Assembly (NCBI GenBank): GCA_965153285.1
Contig: OZ229113.1
Direction: 5' to 3' (one strand)
DNA from: Podarcis tiliguerta
Lineage: Eukaryota
Length of the DNA stretch: 64,000 nt
A program made the translations under genes and the position numbers. This document shows, piece after piece, positions 13,301-26,924 of the stretch (positions are counted from its first letter, which is position 1; each line of letters starts with the position of its first letter). The notes under the pieces are model-generated. The model was not told the DNA's origin. It made no database searches and worked only from the letters and a program-made list of their open reading frames with translations.

Positions 13301-13975
13301 CCTTCAATTAAGTTGCTCACACGCAAGCTTGGTCTGCAACCCACAGCTGTGAATGGAATTCCACTGAGCCATGGTGAGTCACAATTGGTAGACTTCTGAC
13401 CACTCTAATGGTCAGATGGAATTAATATGTAAAGGATGGGGAAACTAGCTCTCTACAAGAACACAGGAGTAGCCTGCTGGATCAAGCCAATGGCCCATTT
13501 AGTCCAGCCTGCTGTTCTCACACTGGCCAACCAGATGCCTGTGGAAAACCAGCAAGCAGGATTTGATCACAAGTGCACTCTCCTGTGGTTTCCAGCAACT
13601 GGTATTCAGAAGCATTGGTGAATCTGTTGTTGGACTACGAATCCCATCATCCCTATTGGCCATGCTGCCTGGGGCTAATGGGAATTCGACTCCATGAACA
13701 TCAGGAGGGCCATACTTTCTCCCGCTTTGAATAAGGTAAACAGAAGCCCCAAGAAATGTAGTGTTTTTACAATTAGAATGCCTTTCTGAGGATGCTGTGA
13801 CCCTACAGTCATGAAAGTTTGTACCAAGGGCATGATCAGTCACCCTTTTTATCCTTCCCAACCACTGCTGTCAGCATTGTGTATTTGTGAGTTTCACTGG
13901 TAGTAGCGGTCATGGAACACAAAGCTGAGCTCTGAGGAGTCATGAACGTTGAATGGCACAGGTAGGTGGCCAACT

Positions 13976-14330
13976 GGTAAAAGGTAAAGGGACCCCTGAC
14001 CATTAGGTCCAGTTGTGGCTGACTCTGGAGTTGCTGCGCTCATCTTGCTTTATTGGCCAAGGGAGCCAGCGTACAGCTTCCGGGTCATGTGGCCAGCATG
14101 ACGAAGCCACTTCTGGCGAACCAGAGCAGCGCACAGAAACACCATTTACCTTCCCGCCAGAGTGTTACCTATTTATCTACTTGCAGTTTGATGTGCTTTC
14201 GAACTGCTAGGTTGGCAGGAGCAGGGACCGAGCGATGGGAACTCACCCCGTCGTGGGGATTCAAACCGCCGACCTTCTGATCGGCAAGCCGTAGGCTCTG
14301 TGGTTTAACCCACAGCACCACCTGTGTCCT
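13976..14330 (-). mobile_element. Sauria SINE
   Basis: Same body and tail; flanked by GGTGGCCAA repeats. Confidence 0.88.
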
Positions 14331-15775
14331 GGTGGCCAAGCCTCAAATACACATCAGGAAATGGAGCCTTATTTCCTTGGCAAATTAAATTCCACCAACC
14401 TGTATGTTTCTAGCATCTGTTCCTACTGGTGGCAATCACAATTCAAGCTTTCGGCTGATTTTTTTTAAAAAAACCAAAAACTGGAACATTAATTCTCTCT
14501 ATTAACAATCAGTTTGGAAAAGATGACATTTTGCAACTGACTATCAAATGTATTCTTTTATTTAAACATTAAGATAAAATTACAAAAGCTACTGAAGCAA
14601 TGGATCTATGCAGGGAAAAGAAAGTAAAAATAACTCAAATTACTCATGCAATCCTGAGCCTAGGCATGGTAATACAGGAGTAGGTCCTGTTTAAATTCAA
14701 TGGCGCCTACTCCCAAGGAAGTGTGCAAAGGACTGCAGCCTGATGGTGTAAATCCTAGACATGTCTACTCGGAAGGAAGCCCCATGGACTTCAGTGGGAC
14801 TTTCTCCCAGATCAATGTGTACAGGATTGCAGCCTTGATCATTCACCAATGAAGCAAAACATACTGGAAGCAATAAAAGTTTCTGAAGGGCATGATCCCC
14901 AACAAAATACTGATATAGCTATTGGAAACAGCTGGCTTTTTAAAAAAAACAAACATAATTTCTCTCTCCCTCTCTGTCTTTTATTTACCAGAACATGACA
15001 TCATTATACAATGCATTCTTTTTTCTCTCGAGAAGACATTCTAAATATGTTCGTATCACCCTAATGGAAATGAATACTAAGCGAATGAACAGTACGTTAT
15101 ATCTGGCGTAGTTGGTTCTATTCTACTTTTAAAAATAAAAAAAGTAATCTCATGCAATACATGTTTCGATTCTTCAACAATGATAATTAAGTGGTGGGGG
15201 TGGGAGAAATGTAGCTTGAATTCGAACAAAAGTATTTACTTCCCTGAAAGGCAAAATTCCTGTCACTTCTAATGAGCACGTAGGTAGTGGCTTTATTGTT
15301 CAAGTAATCAGTGAACCAGACTCTCAGCAAGCGCATATTAAAACTGGTCCGTGGGTTTCAAAATTCCTATGCGAATCTGGGTCAGTGGCATCATCTGTGC
15401 AGTGAGAGATCTTCCACCAGGATCTTGCTCCTGCATAGGTACCACTGGAATGGGATAATGGGAATGGCTCTTGCACAACTCCTGTTTGTCAAGTTGCAGG
15501 TCCATGTGAAAAAGTCCCTGGAGTGACCAGTGTGAGTATATATGGCAAAATCATTGCTCAATGCCCGATTTGTTGTCAACATGCTACTAGACTGGAAAAC
15601 GGGTGGAATTTTGGGGGCTCAGCATTTCTGTCTACCTATAGGGTGTATGCTTTTGTGTGTGTGCATGATAAAAGCCAGGGTTCATCTATAATTTTAAATA
15701 GCCTTTAGGAAGCTGGAATATTGGTAAACCATACTTTTTTTCTGCCCCAAAGCCTTAAGACTAAGTACAAACATG

Positions 15776-16022
15776 GGCTGGATCTACACTGACCAGTATA
15801 ACGTTATTAGAACGATATTAGATATATTGTTCTAAAATGTCACAGGGCATATTTGTAAAATGAAGCACTTCTTACCTGTTTTTTGTTTTGCCAAAATGCT
15901 GCCCCTCCACTGCTGGTTGCTCTCTTGTCACGTTGTAATAACGCATTTTGAATGTTAAAAGTTGGACACCATGTGTCCATATGGTTATCTTAACATTAAA
16001 AAATGTGAGTGTAAATCCGCCC
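15776..16022. mobile_element. MITE, possibly Harbinger-like
   Basis: Inverted termini GGGCTGGATCTACACT / AGTGTAAATCCGCCC. Confidence 0.5.
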
Positions 16023-17281
16023 AGGGTCTTGAGTTTCATTCAGTTGCTGACTATAGTTACATCTGTTCTTATGTTCTGTGCTACTATAACGGTCTTTAAA
16101 TATAATACCAGTTTCAAAGTTGTTGAACTGGTTATGGATTGTGGGTTGTTGTGGGGAGGCATTTCAGTTTGAGCATTTGCAAGGAAGGGGAGGAGAAAAC
16201 AAATTTATAAACAGTACAAATAAATAGCACAATAAATACATAGTGGTCCCCAATAGTGCTGGGATCAAGATATACATTAAGGTAGCTAGCTAATTGAATT
16301 AGATTAGGGTTTACTTCCCTGATAAGGGCACTGCTTGATCTTGTTGTAGAATCTGGAATTTCTTGGAATGGTGGCAGGACAGTTCTGGACACACTGTAGG
16401 AGTGAAAAAAGGTGAATCTTGCAAGTGGGGGAACCACATTAGAAACTAGACCAGAGATGGGAAACCAATGTTTCTCCAGGGCTTGTTGGATTTCAACTCC
16501 CAGCATGGCCTGTGGTCATGGACTAGACATTTGGAAAAGGTAATAACCATAACTCAAAGTTCTTTCTGCCAGGTAGTGATAGGTGAATCTGTCAGTTCCA
16601 GTTTTTCGGTTTCTTGCTTCCCCCCAGATTGGCTCCTTAAGTTCCATTCTCCCCCATTTTCACGACAGTTTGAATCAAAATCACCAGCGTTTCAGTGCTT
16701 ATTTTTCTTAATATACACGTTTTTGAATGCAATTTTGGCTAACATATACATCCTTTGCAAAGCAATTTTCCTAATACAATAATAATAGTAGTAATACTTT
16801 TTTTATATACCCCACCTGGGTATAAACATGATTAATTTAGGTCCCTTAATTTCACCACGCCTACTCTGAGCAGAACAACCCTCATTTTCACTAATATGTG
16901 CAGTTATATGCACATTTTACTGTTGTATATGCATTTTGGTACACTTTACTTGATTGGAGAATTTAGAGAAGTGTGGATTTGAAAGCTGGCTGTGTTCTTA
17001 TTGTGTTTCTGAAAGTGTGACTTAGGTAAATTTGCCTTTAAATATGAACTGAATCAAATTCTTCCCCATCCCTCCTGCAGGCGCCTGTTTACCATGAAAG
17101 TGATGGGAAGCCATCTGCTTTAGGTGACACATTCCTGATGGGCACAACTTTCCTGCTTTCAATGAAGAATTAGGTGGTGGCCTTATTTTCAGTGAAAAAG
17201 TGTATTAAGGCTGCCAAGTCTTCTAAGTCCCAGCCTTTGAAGCTGCCTAAGTCTTCTGAAGCTAGGAGGCAGCCGCTGGAT

Positions 17282-17532
17282 CATGGGTAGGCAAGCTAAG
17301 GCCCGGGGGCTGGATCTGGCCCAATCGCCTTCTAAATCTGGCCCACAGACGGTCCAGGAATCCGTGTGTTTTTATATGAGTAGAATATGTGCTTTTATTT
17401 AAAATGCATCTCTGGGTTATTTGTGGGGCATAGGAATTCATTCATTCCCTCCCCTCAAAATATAGTCCAGCCCCCCACAAGGTCTGAGGGACAGTGGACC
17501 GACCCCCTGCTGAAAAAGTTTGCTGACCTCTG
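17282..17532. mobile_element. hAT (Charlie-like) MITE
   Basis: TIRs CATGGGTAGGCAAGCT / AGTTTGCTGACCTCTG; degenerate 8-bp TSD. Confidence 0.7.
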
Positions 17533-17731
17533 TACTAGATATTTAGTTTGGTTTCATTCTTCCAGATAAATAGTTTGAAGTCATGGTCATAGGCTATAAT
17601 CAAGAGGCTATTACCTATGTATGAAAAGAATCTAGACCTGGGTCTCTAAAACCTGCACAGCTCCACTATGTGAGAAAAACGAAGGCCGATCCAAGATGCA
17701 TTCACTCTTCTCAATAACTAATCATTTCATA

Positions 17732-17867
17732 CAGTGTTTCTCAAACTTGAGTCTCCAGCTGTTGCTGGACTACAACTCCCATAATCCCTGACCGCTTTTT
17801 CTGCTACCTAGTCATGATGGGAGTTGTAGTCCAATGACAACTGGAGACCCAAGTATGAGAAACACTG
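17732..17867. mobile_element. Palindromic hAT-type MITE
   Basis: Long inverted arms CAGTGTTTCTCA...GGACTACAACTCCCAT / ATGGGAGTTGTAGTCC...TGAGAAACACTG; TSD matches at 6 of 8 bases. Decayed relatives at about 13175, 17985, 20765, 27320 and 27990. Confidence 0.8.
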
Positions 17868-18599
17868 ATTTAATGACATAATCTAGAAATGGGCTATGGA
17901 TTGTGCTCACTGCAGGGATCAATATTCCCATAGTTAGTTTTCCAGAAGCACCAATAATATTTGGCACTGCTAACCATGAGGTCCAGGCATGGGGAACCTG
18001 TGGTTCCTCAGATGTTATTGGTGGACACCAACTCCCATCAACTTGACCACTGGTCATGCTGGCTGGGGCTGATGGGAGTTGGAGGACGACAACATCTGCT
18101 CTGCTGTTGTACCCCATCCCTGAGGTAGGTAGAGCAATCATGTCGTGAGCTTCGCTCAAAAAGTACTGTGCTGTATGTCAGGAGTGTTACCTATTATGGC
18201 TGGGGTGAGGAGAAGCTTGCCACTGGGATGCCAGTTGCCGCAGCACTCATAATCAAATGCTCGGCCCATTTCTCTGGTTTGCAGCTGAACGTGTGAACTG
18301 CTTTTGCTGAAAAGGTCTGCCTTACCATGAAGCGATGTGAGGCAAGATGAAGCCTGTGGTCTCTGATCTGTGATAGGTGTCCCACTCAACCATGCGCACG
18401 CAACCCAAGTGTACATATGTGGATCGCCACTAATCCAAAAACCTGCCAGGAGGAGCACAACACAAGAGATGGTGAACATCCACTTACATGTGCACAGCCA
18501 AGCTATGGGCCTTGCAGGGTTCTGGATCCTAGTCAGAATACTCCAGAACTGACAAACTCCGAAATAACTTGTATGAACTTTTCTGCAACGGCAGAATCC

Positions 18600-18991
18600 A
18601 CAGTTGCCACCGATATTTACATTCAAAGTATAAAAAACTGCAGGTATGCAATATGCCCAAACAGTTTAAAAAATATACCCTATTTCATTTGTAAACTATC
18701 AATGCAAGTTACTCAGCAGCGTAGAAGCCATGTCTCATGTCTTCTGTTGTCCTAGAAAGATTTGTGTCTGCTGCCGTTAATGTAATTGCCGGAAATATCT
18801 GAGGTTACATGTAGAAACAATCGAGGCAATAATATTTTTTCTTTTTTCTTTTTGTACATATTGTTAAACATGCAAAAACTTCCTGAAGAATATTGCCCAA
18901 AGGTAGAAAGTCTTTTGGAACCTCGAATTCTCCTTGGTAGAGTTTGTTTTTGCAAGTATGGCTAACACTTGAATCGAAAAGGTCCTTCCAT
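18600..18991 (-). other. GABRA5: Proximal 3' UTR of GABRA5 (3' end not defined)
   Basis: Repeat-free AU-rich sequence directly after the stop codon. Contains UGUAAAUA (Pumilio-type element) at 18621-18614. The cleavage site cannot be identified from sequence. Confidence 0.6.
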
Positions 18992-19288
18992 TTATTTTGA
19001 AGAAGCATCTTTGATCACAGGCTCCCTGTTCAAATACGTAGCCCAATAGACTAAGTTAAAAGTTCCAAACAGGACCGGAAATACTATCCGGGACATCTTG
19101 TCAATCTTACTGATGCTGTTGTAGGTCTTTTTGTTTTCGGCTGGTTTTTCGGCGGGCTTGACTGGAATGGGAGCAGCGTTGGAGATTACTGCAGGGGCAG
19201 AGTCCTTTGGTAAATTTAAGGTGGGGGTCATCCGTCCGGCAGGGTAAGTGTTCATGCCTCTGCTTGCCAACAATTCACGCTCTTTTTT
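18992..19288 (-). CDS. GABRA5: GABA-A receptor alpha-5, last coding exon (intracellular loop, M4, stop)
   Basis: Encodes KKERELLAS...[46 protein letters not shown]-stop; [18 protein letters not shown] is characteristic of alpha-5. Acceptor gttgttttgcag; TAA at 18994-18992. Confidence 0.96.
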   Translation of the reverse strand, partial: KKERELLASRGMNTYPAGRMTPTLNLPKDSAPAVISNAAPIPVKPAEKPAENKKTYNSISKIDKMSRIVFPVLFGTFNLVYWATYLNREPVIKDASSK

Positions 19289-20324
19289 CTGCAAAACAAC
19301 AGAAAACCAGAACACTGGTGAAAAAAACAGAAATGTACACTTGGGACATGAAGAAAGATGAGGGCTGTATGCAGAGATTATTTATGCCTTAACACTGATA
19401 AAAGCAATTGAAGTGATTTAAAGAGGACTAAACAGGTTTCTGTTTTGCATTCTTCTGGTGGATTCTTATCCTCGCTAAAACTGCAAGGGCACTTCAGATT
19501 CATAAACCAAGCAAAATAAACCCAGATTCTAAGAATGCTTTCACAAATACACATTTGAAAACATGTGGGGGGTAGTGTTTCACCACATCAGTCTGATTGT
19601 ATGGCAAACCCAACCGATTAATCTTAATTCAGTTTGAGAATGCATCCTCTGGTTGGGTGTGTGCAGAATTTATCTTAGCAAGAGGATGCAGAGAAAATAA
19701 AATAGGGTTTTCTCCTTTACTACCCCTTAGGCTTGGAACTGGTGCTCTCTCTTTTGCTCTCTTTTTTTAAGAGAGAGAGAAAGAGAGAGAGAGACCGACC
19801 CTACCCTGATATTTTGGTCCAGGCCAAAAAAAGTATAGCAAAAAGCAGTTTTGATCTCAGATATTTAGGACCTGAGGTAGAGCAGCAAAACTCTCCCCCA
19901 CCCGCAATCCACTTGGCCATCTCATGCCTGTATAAGCATGCAACGAAGGTCATGCTATTTTGGTAGAAATTCCCATGAGTGCCTTTCCCTCTCTAGCTGT
20001 AACATATAATAACAGTAAATTACACCAGTAGCCGTTTGCTGCCCTTTACTGATGCTCAGAATCAGCTGGTTGGGGCAGTTAGCTTACTCTATCAAATGGT
20101 AGAACTGGCCCCATGACATCCATTGTCTCACTGAAGACAAAGGGATAGTTCCTTTGCTTAAGTATCATTGTGAAATGTTAGGAGGGCGATCCAGTGGAAT
20201 GGCACTGTGGAAGATCACAGCAACAAGGACACGTCCTATAGATTATGTTCACTCGATTTTTAACCAAGTCAGAGAGCTCCCACCTTCCTATTCAGGGTAG
20301 CTATTCTATCTCTTCAGAGAGATG

Positions 20325-20833
<509 letters not shown>

Positions 20834-22602
20834 TCAGAAACAATGGGAGCTGCAATCAGGGGTGGACCTTGGTAATATGGCGCCCTGTGCAAGGCCAAAA
20901 TTTGATGCCCTCTCCAGCCCTCACCCCACTTTCCCAAAGCTGGGTAAAAGGCACTGAGTTTGGGGAAGGAGGCAGAAGGGCTCTGGCAGGGTCCTAGAGC
21001 CCTCCTTCCTCCTCCTCAAAGCCCGGAAAGTGCTTGCCCCACTTTGGGAAGGTAGCAGGAGGACTCTGGGACTTGGCCCCTCGCCCCCCCCCCCAATGGC
21101 ACTCCTACTCAAGGGAGTCAGGTTGAGGAAGGTCCGATTAGATGAACAGTGCTGGTTTTGACCTATAGACCCTGGGACCCTGATAGCAAGGAGGAACAGC
21201 ATTTCCCAAACATGCCTTCAGATCATCTTGGCAGGTCCTTCTCCAAGTGTCCTCTCATCATGAAGTAGGGAGAGTGGGTCCAAGGGAAAGGACCTTCTCA
21301 TCAGTAGCTTCCCATCTGTGGAATGCTCTCTGTAAAGAGGTTTGCCTGGTACCTACACTTTAGACTTTCCATCTTCTCCCAAACCTTTCAACATCTTAAA
21401 TACTGAACATCTTTTAGCATCTACCAACCTCACCGGCATTTCATATAAACACTACATTGGTTTTAGTTGCTGTGGGTTGATGGCAATTGATGAGTTTTTG
21501 CCTTGGAGGGGTGTTCTGCTGAAAAGCAAATTGTTGAATTGCAGGAATTGCAGTTTGATTTTGTTTTATCTTCCTTTGTATGCCCAATCCAATAAATATT
21601 TATTGCTTGTAGCCGCAGGCAATGGCAAATGCAGTAAAATGCCTATTAGCACAGGCCTAAAAACATGGATAAATGTACACCCTGACTTTGTGTGTCACCT
21701 AGAGCCACATTTGCAATTAGGGGGCGAAGAAATAAAATGAATAATTAATACTTCTAAAGATGGCGCTTGCTATTAAGCATTGATCGGCTCCTTGGAAATT
21801 GCAAAGCCTGATGCAGTGCGAGCGCCCCAATATATCAAATCTAGAAACGTGCAATACTGAGGGAGGAAAATAGAAGTCATAATGTGGAATGAAGACCTAA
21901 AACTGGATACTAACAGCATGTGGATCAGCGGCAGACATATGCCTGCAGAGACCTTCCAGGGTATCCCCAGGGTGCCCTCCCCATGCTGAAAGCAGGATTG
22001 AAGGAAGCATTCAATTGCAGCCTGTAGAACAGGTTGTGATGTGTGCTTGGCAGCAGGGTGGGTGGGTGGGTGGGTGTGGTGTTAACAAGAGTTTCTCCAT
22101 TTTGCATATATGCCTACAAGTCCAAAGCCATTGGTGATCATTGGCCTACATGATCTGGGTGGTTCTGGCAGTGAGGTTCGCCTGGCATGGTCAAAATCCA
22201 TACAAAGTGAGTGGCCACTACTTCAATCAAGCTGGCTGCTATGATAAATGGGACACATGGTCTTTGGCTTCAGGAATAACTGTGCCCTCTGTCCAAATCA
22301 GGCTGCAAGCTGGCTGAGATGTAGGAATGCAGCTTCCTGTCTGATGGCGGACTCTAATGTTACATTTCCTTGCTTCTGTGATTGAAGCTGCATGTAGGGC
22401 TGTGGCTCCCGCTTCCCTCAGACCCTGCTGGTGGGGCTGAGGGGGTGGAGAGAAAAGGCAAGGAACTGCCTGAGACAGGGGCATGCACAGGGGGAAACTG
22501 GTTGGCAAGGGAAGAGTTAAGCATTGCCTCCTACCCAATGATGGTTAGGTCACCAGGATACCTGGTTAGGGTTCTCCGTCCTCCGCCTTAGAGTAAAGGT
22601 CA

Positions 22603-22833
<231 letters not shown>

Positions 22834-24569
22834 TTATCAACAAAAGCCAGAGCACCGGTTTGTAAACAGCTGTCTTCTGTCTAACAGTTCTTCCATATGA
22901 CAATATTGGATGGTTCAAACAAAAGAAATGAACTGAGGACTTTTTTTTGTACTCATAAGCCACTGGCTGGGAACAAAAGCATACACACCATGCTTTTAAA
23001 ATGCTCCACTCCAAAGAATCCTCAGAAATGTTTACCCCCAGGAGAGTTACAATCCCCAGCACCCTTAACTACAGTTCCCAGGTCTTGGGGGGGGGGGGAG
23101 GCAGGCTGTGCTATAAAATAAGGTGAGGACAGAGTTAGAGCCAAGCAAGACCCATCCGCTTGAAGCTTATTTCTAAGCTGAGATGCTCTCTGGTATCCAA
23201 GCTTCGTAGACTTTGTTCATGATGTTTCAAGTTGTGCTAGTACCCTGCCTACCTACCCAGTTGTTGGTGAAGAAGAGTGACCTTCCATGGTCCAGCTCAA
23301 TCCATGTTGTGGCCCCACGTGGATGCTGCTGGAAAATGCTTCCCCATAAGAGTTTATTTATGGAGCACCTATTATGTGGAGCATTTATTCTGGAGCACTG
23401 CACAACTTATGGGGGAATCCTCATGTCTCTGCCACACATTTTCAGTGACAATTAGCACTGACAAGGATTCTCTCCCATTGTTGTGGAGGAGCAATTAGTC
23501 TTTGCCCATCTAGTGCCCTCAAGAAGTTTTGGATTACAATGCCCATTGAAGGTGCCAATCACAATATTTGTGATTTGAATGGCAAATTGTGGGGTGGGGT
23601 GGGCTCGACCCCCTCAAATATTTTATTGGGGCTGCTGAAGGGACCTAGGAGTTGGCTCCTATGATTGCGATCCGAAACATCTGGAGGGCACGAGGTTGGC
23701 AAAGGCTACAGTATAGTTATTGTCACATGGAATCATTTCTGTGGCTTCCACTGGAGGACCTGGTCTCAAGGTCTGTATCATTTCCATGGAGAGGTCCTAC
23801 CCCAATAGCATGGGGATCTGCAGACTGCAGGCAATTACTGTGTCCTGAATTACTGTCTCCTTGTAGCTTTAGTGACGACATCACCAGGGCTGAACTCTAT
23901 GCAAATTTACTTTATGCAATCCACTACACACCTTAACACAGAATTTTCCTTTGATTCTAAAAATCCATAAATATGTGGATCTATGTGCACCAGTAGAAAG
24001 GAGATGAGTTTGCATAAAGGACTAATATACTACCAATTTTTGCACCTGCTGAATAGATGAAGAGTTGTTCAACTCTACCAAGCACACTTAAGGAGCTCCA
24101 GACTGTAGAGAGATTATATGTGGTATGGATCTTGCAACAGAATTTACTCGAGGCGAGATGTATATTTTTGCTGTGAGGAAAAACCTAGGTTAAAAGCTGA
24201 ATATGCTGGCTGTAGTCTGGTTTAAAATAAATAAATCAAGTCACTCACTAAAACTTAGGGTCTCATTTAGGGGTAAGCAGGCACCAAATGAGAGCAAGAA
24301 ATATATATGAAAGCGTCATTCTTTTCCTCAAAGAACAACATCTGGCTTCCCAAAACTGGCAAGGCCTTAAAGTTCTGCATCCTTTGAGTCCAGGTCTTTC
24401 CATCTGAGATCTACTAGGGAATCTCTTCTTGAGATTGGTGCTTCCTAGCAAAGACCTGCAGTGGCTGTCCCAAAAGCTGGTTCCATGGAGCCTGGCACCC
24501 TATCCCAAGTAAGGTGACCAACATGCAGAAGCAGTCCTCTGCATCATGCTCACCCTACTGAAAGCAACA

Positions 24570-24790
24570 CATTATTTCTTTATTGTCTTTCCTCCAAGGA
24601 GGCCAAGTTGGCATGCATAGCTCTCCCCACTCCCATTTTATCCTCACAACCACCCTGCAATGTAGGTTAAACGGAGAGTGAGCAATCGGCTTAAGATCAC
24701 CCAACGAACTTCACGGCTATGCGGGGATTCGAATTCCCGTCTCCCAGGTCTTAATCCAACACTCTGACCACCACACCACACTGGCTCCTT
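24570..24790 (-). mobile_element. CORE/MIR-like tRNA-derived SINE (relatives at about 28225-28410 and 40615-40745, plus strand)
   Basis: tRNA-like head gagccagtgtggtgtggtggtcagagtgttggatt...ttcgaatcccc and the core motif gggtggttgtgaggataaaatggg. Confidence 0.65.
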
Positions 24791-25657
24791 TGATTTCCAA
24801 CAAGCATATTGCAGGCAGTATCCATGCATGATGTGGTTTTGGATTTTGGACCAATTTGATTTCAGTCCCCAGTGAAGAGCAGAAGCAGCCCTCGCTGTGA
24901 GCTTCACATCATCCCGAACCTTCCACCTTCTCACCAGTTGTTGCATGGTTTAAAATAAAAATGGCATATTATTTATAGGTTGTGTGGTGCTGTGTGTGGG
25001 GGGGGGTGTTGTTTTTTTCTTTTTAAGAAGTAATTGCAAAGGGGGGGACGAGGCAGGAGCAAAATATGCAAACTGTGAAATTCTTCACGGGTCTATGCTT
25101 GTTATTTTCAGATCCCACAGCTCTGCGGAAGGACAGAACATCTTGGAAATCCGTTCACAAGTAACCCCGATTACAGGCCTCCTGCGAGCTTGATGAAGCC
25201 CAGAAAATCCATAGCTGACTGATGCTTCCCCTGTGTAAAATCGGATTTTTGTATTTTGCTAATCCCTGGTTACAATCTGTGTCCTGCTCTTTGTGATCCA
25301 CCCTGCAATCACAACCCAGCCCGCACAGATGTAACCTGGGACGTTAGCAAGGGGGGAAAGAAAGCAGAAGACGGGGAGGGGGAGAAAGAAAGGGGAAAAA
25401 GCAAACCTATTGATGTTGCAAACCAACATTTTATTTGCTTAAACCTTTGCAAACCTTAAGGGAGGCGGTGCCCCCGGGCACTAACATTTTGATTTCTGCT
25501 ACGAATCTTGCTGCTTCCTTGAGGCTGAAGCTGTTTGCCCCCCTTCGCAAGTGCCCTGCAGAGTAGTGGCCGAGTTGAGTCCCCTGGCACCCTGGAGCGC
25601 CCACCGCTCGCTTGGGATTGTGGTTTTGCTCCGAGGAGCCGCGCACGACCCTAGGAG

Positions 25658-25758
25658 ATGCCTCGGCACGCGCTCTGGATCTTCCTCCTGGCGATTCTGA
25701 AGGCGAGAGGGGAGCTGCCTTTCATCGCAGAGAACAATGCCGCGATGATGGTGAACTG
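25658..25758 (+). CDS. GABRB3: Putative first coding exon encoding a signal peptide, antisense-nested in GABRA5; probably a distal alternative first exon of GABRB3
   Basis: ATG at 25658 has G at -3 and an in-frame TAG two codons upstream. Encodes MPRHALWIFLLAILKARG-ELPFIAENNAAMMVN and ends at the donor CTG|gtaaga (phase 2). The GABRB3 assignment is inference from cluster synteny, strand and phase, not from a search. Confidence 0.55.
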
Positions 25759-26924
25759 GTAAGAAACTCGGCCGCCTGCTGCTGCTGCTACCTGCCCGCC
25801 CTGGTTTCATCGTGCAGGTGCTCCTCTAACTTCCACCATCCCTCCTCCCCTGCCCCAAACAAAACGAAAGCTTTTTGACTTGTGGATCGGTGCGCGCTTG
25901 TTTTGCGGAGCCGTGGATGTGAGGTTTGGGGGGAATCGGTGCGATCTTAGCTTTGATCAGACAATTGCCAGGTTTGTGGCGCTCCGCGCGAAGTTCCGTT
26001 CCGCCGCCGCCCCTTCCTCCTCGCCCACCCACCCCTTACTGTCGCCCTTTGGATTTCAAAAGCAGCCCGCTGGGCTCTCGACGGGTCGCCGCTTGGGAAG
26101 AGCTGCGGGCGCCTTTGCTGATGCGAACGAGGCAGCTTGGAGCTGTGCCATCGCTTCTCCTTCCCATTAGCCCCGTGTCTGCCTTTGTCTCCGTGAAGGG
26201 ATCCCTTAAAAATAGCCCTTCCCCTGATCGAACAGGCAGCTCCTCCGCCCCACCCCGGATCAGCCCCGGGGGACCCTGCTGGTTTTCCTCCGGAGGTCTG
26301 CGCCACCACCCCGGGGACAAAGGAGCCCCGCGTTTCCTTCGGCGGCGTCTCCCCCGATGGGCGCAGCGTGCGGCCCCCTCGCTCCCTCCGCCCCGGGCGA
26401 GGTGCTTAGTTTCTAATTACCGCACAACGCCGTTCCCAGCAGCGAAGGCGAGGCCGTTATGTAACCTGTTGCAGCCCCTCTGTCTGCCGCCCCCATGTGA
26501 CTCCCGGACCTCGGTCCGGGGCCGCGGCCCTCCCTCCTCCGCCCCCTCCGAACGCGCCGCAGCCAATCGCCGGCCAGGATTGCCCTGACATAGAACCCCG
26601 AGCCAGGCCGGGAGCGGGGGAGGGGGGGTCTCACGTGGGTGGCTGGGCGCGGGATTAAAGCTTCTTTAGTTCCCTAATGCTGCCACATCTGGCGCCTCCA
26701 CTTCCAGTTAGGGAGGAAATGGGAGAATCCTTCGGGTTAGCGCCTCCTTTGCAGCCACGTGGTCCTTCGGACACGCTGCAAAGCCAGGCAACAGCTGCCA
26801 CTTCCTCCCCCCCCCTCTCTACCCCGCCCGCCTCCAAATGCGTTTCATCAAACAAATCATTTTAAAGCTCGAGAGAGAGAGAGGGAGAGATCAAAACGCG
26901 TAGGCGGTTGTTCGCCTCCTGCAG

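Noticed and set aside
1-18600. Start of GABRG3, the expected downstream neighbour on the minus strand
   Set aside because: No MAPKLLL/EEDEYED/KWVLAPK-like exon and no CpG island seen here; it presumably lies outside the window.
25926-26588. 220-aa plus-strand ORF and other overlapping ORFs in the CpG island
   Set aside because: Pro/Arg/Ser/Ala-rich, non-ATG starts and open in several frames, as expected from stop-codon scarcity in GC-rich DNA.
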